Origin: Candidatus Dojkabacteria bacterium
GTDB taxonomy: Bacteria > Patescibacteriota > Dojkabacteria > J137
Length of the DNA: 58,497 bases
Assembly (NCBI GenBank): GCA_025061805.1
Contig: JANWZV010000001.1
Span: 1-58,497, forward strand
Direction: 5' to 3'
In this document: positions 52,219 through 58,497 of the stretch, piece by piece
How positions within the stretch are numbered: position 1 is the first letter of the stretch
Layout: every line of letters starts with the position of its first letter
Program-made: the position numbers and the translations under genes
The notes under the pieces: model-generated
Seen by the model: the letters and a program-made list of their open reading frames with translations, nothing else
Databases searched by the model: none
What the model was told of the DNA's origin: nothing

Positions 52219-53100
52219 ATGGGAAGACCATTATCTGATAAATTCTTTGGTATATTCGATAGAAAAGTAGGACCGCAAGTATATCTGGATTCAGTTTGGA
52301 TACCTGGAGAACCTGCTCCATCTGGTTCTGGTTATATCATTTCTCAATCAGGAACAAGAAAATACATTGCAAGAAGCACAAATACAGGAGCAGAAGGTGT
52401 TGTTAGATTGGTAAATTCTTCATTAACCGAAAGTGGCCAAGCACTTTTGACAGTTTATCCAAAACTTTCGACAACCGGCGTTGGATTTTCTCTTCTTCCT
52501 GGAAATACTTTCTGGGTAAATTTCGCAAAAGTAGTAAATAAAGGCTCCAATTACTCAGTTGGAGATGTTTTGACCGTGTCTGGTGGAACATTTACAACAC
52601 CGGCAACTTTGACAGTAACACAAGTTTCTTCTTTGGGAGAAATAGAAAATTTCAATTTGACAACACAAGGAGATTATACAGTTATACCGACAAATATAAA
52701 TGATAATCCAGTTACTGGCGGTTTAGGTTCAGGGGCGACTTTTAAATTAGATTTTGGTGTCAATTCAGTGAGCTTCAGTGGAGGTTCTGGATTTCCAAAT
52801 GGAACATCATCTTTCGTTGCAGTCGTGAGACAACAAAACGGGAAAGGTTTTGGTACAATACTTATGGGTGATGTTTCTGGTGGTACCGTAACTACTCTAT
52901 ATGTTGCTTCTTCTGGTCATGGATATACTTCAGATGCTCCATCTTCTTTGGAAGTCGTGAGTTTTTATTCGGTCGGGCCACAAGAATTTGTCAAAACATT
53001 GACTGCAAAAAAAGTAAAAACATTCAACAACAAAACTTATATTTGGAATCCGCTTGGATTGGCAAATTATCCAAATAGTTGTTTGCTTTTGACCAGATAA
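52219..53100 (+). CDS. Structural protein built from the same G-G-S-G-Y/F modules as the giant ORF
   Basis: The strong SD ataggaggt precedes the ATG. VSGGTFTTPATLTVTQV...GGLGSGATFKLDF and SGGSGFPNG...SSGHGYTSD parallel modules in 36700..50694. Confidence 0.55.
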   Translation: MGRPLSDKFFGIFDRKVGPQVYLDSVWIPGEPAPSGSGYIISQSGTRKYIARSTNTGAEGVVRLVNSSLTESGQALLTVYPKLSTTGVGFSLLPGNTFWVNFAKVVNKGSNYSVGDVLTVSGGTFTTPATLTVTQVSSLGEIENFNLTTQGDYTVIPTNINDNPVTGGLGSGATFKLDFGVNSVSFSGGSGFPNGTSSFVAVVRQQNGKGFGTILMGDVSGGTVTTLYVASSGHGYTSDAPSSLEVVSFYSVGPQEFVKTLTAKKVKTFNNKTYIWNPLGLANYPNSCLLLTR

Positions 53101-53109
53101 TCATATATC

Positions 53110-53886
53110 ATGTTCAGAATAACACCAGAAATACTTGCCAAGACTATTTTACTAGCTTCCTATGGTATAATTAAACCAACTTATAATAGTGTTTTACCTG
53201 ATTCTGTTAAAAGAAGAATGCAATATATAATGTCTAGACCGGAATTTCAAAGAGAATATTTTAATATGATTAATAGGTTGAAAAATTTACCTCAATCTGT
53301 TATCAACAATATAGGAAGAAGATTCATACTTATTTTGGAAGATAAAAACATAAAATTCAAAATCTCTAATAAGTTGAACGAATCGATTTTAATGAAAAAT
53401 AGAAATTATAAAAACTGTTTTGTTATACCTCCTTTTTTAAAAGATATGAAAAAAGATATAAATTTGTTATATGAATATTATACTAAAGAAAAAAGATTAT
53501 CTCATTATTTGGCTTTGAAAAAAATAACAGAAAGTTATTCTTTCGTTGATTTAAAAAAATATAAATTATTGGAAGATGTAAAAGAAAAAAATTTCATTAG
53601 AAATTTTAAAAATTTCCTTTTGTATTTCTATGAATCTAATCCTAATATAAAGTTTGTAAAATTGAGGAAATTATTAAGTATTTTCAATCAATCCAATAAT
53701 GTTAATTTGGAGGAATCTGATATTATTGAATTGTTAAAAAACAACGATTTCGGTTTTATAGAAAACTTTGATGAAGAAAAAGGAATAATAGAGTTTAAAA
53801 GAATAGATCCAAAGAAAATAAAGAAAAGTAAGAAAGATAAAGTAAAACTTTTATCCAGAAAATATATCAAAAATAATCTAAATTGA
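53110..53886 (+). CDS. Hypothetical protein
   Basis: 258-aa ORF. Confidence 0.55.
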   Translation: MFRITPEILAKTILLASYGIIKPTYNSVLPDSVKRRMQYIMSRPEFQREYFNMINRLKNLPQSVINNIGRRFILILEDKNIKFKISNKLNESILMKNRNYKNCFVIPPFLKDMKKDINLLYEYYTKEKRLSHYLALKKITESYSFVDLKKYKLLEDVKEKNFIRNFKNFLLYFYESNPNIKFVKLRKLLSIFNQSNNVNLEESDIIELLKNNDFGFIENFDEEKGIIEFKRIDPKKIKKSKKDKVKLLSRKYIKNNLN

Positions 53887-54358
53887 TTTTTGTGATACTG
53901 TTCTCGTTGTAGATTTTTTTTATTTCTTGTATTATCTTGTTTTGTTTATCAAGATAAAAAATTTTCTTTGTTTCCAATATTTCTATTTTTTCATTGGAAC
54001 AATCTATTTTGTTTTTTTCTAATTTTATCAATCTATTGTTGTTTATTATGTCATATAATATAGAACCATAATCTTTATTAATTTCTAATATTTTTGTTAT
54101 TATATTTTGTTTATTGTTTTTTTCTATGTTTTCGACGATTATCAAAGCAAGAAGCGGATGATATATATTTTTGAAAACAATGACATTTTTTTTATAGATA
54201 TTATATCTTTTGTAGTAATGATCGTTGATTGACAATATGATATAATTGTTTATTAAAAGTCTGTTTTTTTCTTTTTTTACAAAAGGTAAATTTTCTTTTA
54301 AGATGACTTCTTTGAAATTTTCAATTATTATTTTTTCTATTTTTTGAAATCCATTCAT
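53867..54358 (-). CDS. Hypothetical protein
   Basis: 163-aa ORF. Confidence 0.5.
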   Translation of the reverse strand: MNGFQKIEKIIIENFKEVILKENLPFVKKEKNRLLINNYIILSINDHYYKRYNIYKKNVIVFKNIYHPLLALIIVENIEKNNKQNIITKILEINKDYGSILYDIINNNRLIKLEKNKIDCSNEKIEILETKKIFYLDKQNKIIQEIKKIYNENSITKINLDYF

Positions 54359-55013
54359 CCAGTTTTTTCTCCCACATTTCGTTATATATATAATAATTTT
54401 CTTCGTTTATTTCGAATATTTTCAAATCATAATCCCTGGAAACCATTATTATTAGTCCGTTTTTTATGTTTGTATTCAGTAATTTGTTGTGTGCATTTAT
54501 GTATGCGCAAACTTGTAAAAAATAATTTTTTATCATATCTTCGCTTTTTATTTTTTTTGATGATTTGAAATCTATAATTGTTTCTTTTCCTTTATATACA
54601 CCAACACAATCTATCGTTCCGGCATATTTTTTAGGAAAATATATAGTTTCTTCTAAACCCCATACTTCCTCCAGATTCTTTTCCAATATTTCATTTAAGA
54701 TTTTATTAGCCATATCATTGGATAGTTTATATATCAAATTCGTTTTATTATCATTTTTATAATCTTCTTTTTTTATATACTTTTCTATTTTTTCGTGTAT
54801 TAAAGAACCCAAATTCAACGATTCTTTTATAATTTGTTTTGCTTTTTCTTCTCCGACAGATTGTTTCCATTTTTTTAAATTTTCATTATTGTCGGTTTCT
54901 GATAAAATAGTTGTTACAGAAGGTAGTTTACCATCTTTTGTTAAATATATTCTTCTTTCACCTATGTTTGTTTTCATAAGAAAAGGGTATTGATATTTTT
55001 TTATTATTATCAT
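54321..55013 (-). CDS. PD-(D/E)XK (RecB/Cas4-like fold) exonuclease
   Basis: GSLIHEKIE ... GTIDCVGVYKGKETIIDFKSSKK ... YFLQVCAY gives the D...D/ExK and QxxxY motifs. Confidence 0.55.
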   Translation of the reverse strand: MIIIKKYQYPFLMKTNIGERRIYLTKDGKLPSVTTILSETDNNENLKKWKQSVGEEKAKQIIKESLNLGSLIHEKIEKYIKKEDYKNDNKTNLIYKLSNDMANKILNEILEKNLEEVWGLEETIYFPKKYAGTIDCVGVYKGKETIIDFKSSKKIKSEDMIKNYFLQVCAYINAHNKLLNTNIKNGLIIMVSRDYDLKIFEINEENYYIYNEMWEKKLDEWISKNRKNNN

Positions 55014-55945
55014 TTTATGATATTTTCAAACTTTTTTATAAAATTATCAATATTTTTTTCTGTTTTTACTTGAATATGGAAAGGGTGACTCAATTTATTC
55101 AATCCATAGTAGATATTATTTTTCTTAATTTCTATTCTCCAAGAATTTATTATGTGATAACAATAATGAAATTCTTCTTCTATGAATTCTTTGGTCAAAT
55201 GATACATTTTCCAGTTTGAATCATATGAAAAACAATTTAATTTCATCAATTTCACCACAGTACTCATGATATAATCCGTATCGGGTATATGCCTGCACAA
55301 ACTTTTGTATATTATTTTCTTCAATATTTCATAATTTATGAAAATTTGTTCACATAAATAGAAAAATTCTAGAACTTTTTTGCTTTTTTTGTTGAACCCA
55401 AATACTGCACTATATATATCTGGAAGGTCATTTTCCTCCCATAATTTTCTTCGGATTTTTTTATTATCATACTTTTCGTCCAGAAAAGTACATAAATTAG
55501 CCGTAAACCATAAATCAAATTTGTGTATATTATTCCAGTAATAGTCATCTAGTTTTTTTGTCCAAACTATGTCACTATCGGTTTTGATTGTATAGTCATA
55601 AGGTGTAAAACGATTTACAATATATTCAAAATAAAAATTTTTGTAATTATTATAAGTGATATTATTCGAAAAGAAAGAATCGAATTCTTCTTTTTTTATT
55701 TTTATTATTTTATCGAAATAGTTTTGATATTTTTTTGGTATTAGCTTTTCATCTTGTTCATATATTATTATTGATATTTTTTGTTTATTGAAAAAGTAAA
55801 AGGATAAAGATTGCAACAAGGCACACTTTAAGTATAAATTAAATTTATTATTTTTTTCATCTGATAATACGAAAGTAACTACTCCTTTACTTACCGCGTT
55901 GATATTTTCTTTTTCATCGTGAAAGAACTTGATTTCTTTCTGCAT
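55010..55945 (-). CDS. Glycosyltransferase-like protein (GT8-like, DxD)
   Basis: IKTDSDIVW is a DxD-type motif. It lies in a glycosyltransferase cluster. Confidence 0.35.
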   Translation of the reverse strand: MQKEIKFFHDEKENINAVSKGVVTFVLSDEKNNKFNLYLKCALLQSLSFYFFNKQKISIIIYEQDEKLIPKKYQNYFDKIIKIKKEEFDSFFSNNITYNNYKNFYFEYIVNRFTPYDYTIKTDSDIVWTKKLDDYYWNNIHKFDLWFTANLCTFLDEKYDNKKIRRKLWEENDLPDIYSAVFGFNKKSKKVLEFFYLCEQIFINYEILKKIIYKSLCRHIPDTDYIMSTVVKLMKLNCFSYDSNWKMYHLTKEFIEEEFHYCYHIINSWRIEIKKNNIYYGLNKLSHPFHIQVKTEKNIDNFIKKFENIIK

Positions 55946-55946
55946 T

Positions 55947-56750
55947 TCAGTTTTTGTTTAGTAAATGAAAGTCATTGAAAATTTTGATTTTATTTTCTTT
56001 ATTATTTAATATTGCAAATTTTTCGTTTATATTATCGATAGAATACGGTTGAAAATAATGATAGATTTCGAAAGGAAGAATAAATTCTTCTATAGGAATT
56101 TTTAAATTGTTGGATAGCAAAAATAAGGATAAAGAAAGAATCTTATCGAATCTTAACACATGATTGTTTTTGAATACATTATTGTCATTTATCATTTTTT
56201 TCTCGTTTGTTTCTTCATAAATAGTTTTTATGTTTTTCCAAAAATATTCTGAAATTTCATTTTTTTCCCAAAATAGTATAGTTCCATAAAAATAATGAAA
56301 ACCGTAAATCGACATATACAATTCTTCACTTCTAAAAAATTTTTTATTTTTGTTATTGAATATATTGTTATAACAAGCTTTTATATTTTGAAAACTTTTC
56401 AAGATTTTGTCTAAAAAATTGGAAAACACAAAATAATCACAATCTATAAGACATGTTTTATTAAAAGGAGTCAAATCATTGGAATATATTCTACATAAAT
56501 TAAACCACTTTTTGTTTTCTCTTAAATATTGTGCTTTTATTTTGTTTTGTTGTAACAAAACACAACTCGCGTTTTTTCTATTTCTTATGATTTTTGATAT
56601 TTCTTCATAATTTTCATCGTTAGTGACAATAACTAAAGGAGAATTTATGTAACATGTGTAATTTACGTAAAATTTCTTAAAAATGTTCAGATATTTTTTA
56701 CTGTTTACTTCGTCTATAACATATGTCATAAATCCATAATCTTTGTTCAT
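55947..56750 (-). CDS. Glycosyltransferase-like protein (GT8-like, DxD)
   Basis: YGFMTYVIDE..., CLIDCDYFVF. Confidence 0.4.
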   Translation of the reverse strand: MNKDYGFMTYVIDEVNSKKYLNIFKKFYVNYTCYINSPLVIVTNDENYEEISKIIRNRKNASCVLLQQNKIKAQYLRENKKWFNLCRIYSNDLTPFNKTCLIDCDYFVFSNFLDKILKSFQNIKACYNNIFNNKNKKFFRSEELYMSIYGFHYFYGTILFWEKNEISEYFWKNIKTIYEETNEKKMINDNNVFKNNHVLRFDKILSLSLFLLSNNLKIPIEEFILPFEIYHYFQPYSIDNINEKFAILNNKENKIKIFNDFHLLNKN

Positions 56751-56752
56751 TT

Positions 56753-57280
56753 TTATTTCGAATCTTCTTCTTTGTTGTTGTTTGAATCATCATTTTCGAA
56801 ATCATCGTTTTCATCGTCTTCTTGGGAAACATCTTCAATGATGTCTTTCAGATTTTCTTTGAGAGATTCCAACGTATCCACATACTTGGTATAATAATTG
56901 AAACAAATATTTTGATAGTATGTGTTGAAATACAACCAAAGATTCTTTGGATTTTTTACCAAAACTGGATTATCATAATGATCGAATATTATTATATTTT
57001 TATTCAATCTTTGTGAATATAAATAATTCAACAATTCGGTCGTCAGTAAGAATAATCTATTGTTCCATATTATGAATTTACTTTCTTCAAATTCTTTTTT
57101 CAATTCTTCTAGTGATTTTCTTTCATCGAAATATTTTCTTAATTTTAATGTATTTTTTATGTTTTCTCTTATGTTTAGGTCTATGTAAGAAAAAGTGCTA
57201 ATGGTCTCAATAGCGTTTTCTATATCGTTTTTCAATGATTTTTTTTTGTTTATCTTGTCTTCTTTATTCGTTTCAGTCAT
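56753..57280 (-). CDS. Hypothetical protein with an acidic C-terminal tail
   Basis: 175-aa ORF ending QEDDENDDFENDDSNNNKEEDSK. Confidence 0.55.
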   Translation of the reverse strand: MTETNKEDKINKKKSLKNDIENAIETISTFSYIDLNIRENIKNTLKLRKYFDERKSLEELKKEFEESKFIIWNNRLFLLTTELLNYLYSQRLNKNIIIFDHYDNPVLVKNPKNLWLYFNTYYQNICFNYYTKYVDTLESLKENLKDIIEDVSQEDDENDDFENDDSNNNKEEDSK

Positions 57281-57284
57281 TTTG

Positions 57285-57294
57285 AAATATTTAT
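57285..57294 (-). promoter_or_regulatory. ATAAATATTT box, 4 nt upstream of the start at 57280
   Basis: The plus strand reads AAATATTTAT. Confidence 0.35.
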
Positions 57295-57298
57295 TTTG

Positions 57299-58303
57299 TT
57301 AAAAATCGTAATTGTATTTCAGTGTTTCTCTGAATTCAGAAATTTTTTGACATTTTTTATCGTTTGTCATATCTAAAAAAGCCTGTTTTAGTGTTTCTAT
57401 GTTTATATTTGTGCATTCGTAATTCAAATTTTTCAAACAATCGTTATAATCATAACCATAAACCAAAAGATCATTGACACAAGATTTACAACCTTCGGGC
57501 AAAACAACCCATACATCGTCCCCAAAAATACCGTTTCTCCAAAATAGAGAATGAAAAATATTAGTATAAGTACAAATGCATAATATTTTTTTATCAGTAA
57601 GACCAGACAACTGTATTAATCCTCCTGTTACTCCGACGATATATTTACATTTTTGCATTATTGATAATGTTTCTTCGATTGTTATTTCTCCTACAAAACT
57701 TATTAAATTTTCATTTTTTATTTCCGGAATAACCTTTTTTGAAGAAAATTTTTCATTGATGTTTTTATGATCTTGGCTTTTTTCTCCTCCTACGAGAATT
57801 ACCGAATGTCCTAATTCGAAAAGAAAATTGATAAATTTTTTTAGTACGTCGCTGTTCCATTTTTTTGAATGAGAACGATAAGATACCGGAATTACAACAG
57901 AATTTTCCAAATTTATGTTTAAAGTTTTTTGTTTTATTTTATCCGATAAAACCTTGTTTTTCCATTTCCACAAACTTAAATACTTTTCTTCTATTATTTT
58001 TCCGAAAAAACTTAATGAACTGAAAATACTAAGATTTGTTCTAGGAACAAAATACTCATTTGGAAATATTTTTTTTATGGAAACCCATGGTGCCCAAGAA
58101 ACGAGTTCTTCGAATGGATGAATATACTTTTCGCTTATCCAATCCCTTATCAAAAAATCATATTGTGGAGGACAAGATACCCTGAAATTTTCTTCAAATA
58201 TATTTTCTATACCCCATTTTAAAACAGGCAAACTCATGATAGAATCACCTAATCCACCGTTTATCACGATATGAAAAAAATTTTTATATCCTAATAAATT
58301 CAT
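57299..58303 (-). CDS. Glycosyltransferase family 9 (heptosyltransferase-like)
   Basis: HIVINGGLGDSIMSLPVLK (GT9 N-terminal GLGD motif), VILVGGEKSQD and VGVTGGLIQLSGL. Confidence 0.6.
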   Translation of the reverse strand: MNLLGYKNFFHIVINGGLGDSIMSLPVLKWGIENIFEENFRVSCPPQYDFLIRDWISEKYIHPFEELVSWAPWVSIKKIFPNEYFVPRTNLSIFSSLSFFGKIIEEKYLSLWKWKNKVLSDKIKQKTLNINLENSVVIPVSYRSHSKKWNSDVLKKFINFLFELGHSVILVGGEKSQDHKNINEKFSSKKVIPEIKNENLISFVGEITIEETLSIMQKCKYIVGVTGGLIQLSGLTDKKILCICTYTNIFHSLFWRNGIFGDDVWVVLPEGCKSCVNDLLVYGYDYNDCLKNLNYECTNINIETLKQAFLDMTNDKKCQKISEFRETLKYNYDF

Positions 58304-58304
58304 T

Positions 58305-58497
58305 TTACTTTTCCGTTATTTTAAATTTTTCGAAATTTTCTATTAATTTTTTATGAAAAATTTCAGTACAAGTGAATCCTTCTCTTTCATCTATGAATTT
58401 TTTCCTATAACATTGATCGAACTCCCAGTTGTCGATATAAAAATCAGTTAAACAAAATCTGCAACCCGAATTTAAGAAATTTCCTCTATATAACGGA
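58305..58497 (-). CDS. 3' end of a CDS that runs off the window edge
   Basis: Hand translation on the minus strand is open from 58496 to the TAA at 58305-58307: ..NSGCRFCLTDFYIDNWEFDQCYRKKFIDEREGFTCTEIFHKKLIENFEKFKITEK*. It ends 1 nt before the next start. Confidence 0.45.
   Translation of the reverse strand, partial: PLYRGNFLNSGCRFCLTDFYIDNWEFDQCYRKKFIDEREGFTCTEIFHKKLIENFEKFKITEK

Noticed and set aside
1-58497. Prophage or host-flank interpretation
   Set aside because: There is no integrase, att-like repeat or housekeeping bacterial gene block. The gene content is virion, replication and auxiliary genes throughout.

Overview
This is a very AT-rich (by eye about one quarter G+C), densely coding segment of a large T4-like myovirus-type phage genome. 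All calls come from reading motifs by eye; no database search or folding was possible.

Recognisable core genes:
- class Ia RNR alpha (nrdA), ThyX, a dCMP-deaminase-like protein and a dNMP kinase
- a gp55-like late sigma factor, an Hjc-like resolvase and a gp44/RFC-like clamp loader
- a gp20-like portal and the large terminase
- a topoisomerase II subunit, an Mre11/Rad50-like (gp47/gp46) pair and a gp32-like SSB
- one tRNA-Leu(CAA)

Structural content is a minus-strand fibre/structural block (13.7-18.2 kb) and a 4664-aa repeat-built structural giant (36.7-50.7 kb, about 24% of the window). Auxiliary genes are an IbpA-type Hsp20, a DUF59 Fe-S protein, a Usg-like protein, a radical SAM enzyme, a methyltransferase and several glycosyltransferase-like genes.

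Most unusual observations:
1. Two diverged GC-rich blocks of about 290 bp (9292-9582 and 51859-52156) have inverted-repeat ends. Each carries only the N-terminal zinc ribbon of an IS1595-type transposase. They look like MITE-like relics of foreign origin, and the second may be domesticated.
2. The intein load is heavy. The portal carries a complete 445-aa HNH intein. The nrdA and terL ORFs both begin inside an intein (blocks B, F and G only), which suggests naturally split inteins with very short N-fragments encoded elsewhere.
3. An ATAAATATTT box sits 2-4 nt before the start codon of at least seven genes. This is a candidate gp55-type late promoter that would give nearly leaderless mRNAs.
4. 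A dnaX-type A_AAA_AAG slippery heptamer in an A9 run joins a 171-aa ORF to a start-less 79-codon open frame.
5. A 1-kb non-coding leader holds a strand-asymmetric 9/10-bp tandem array.
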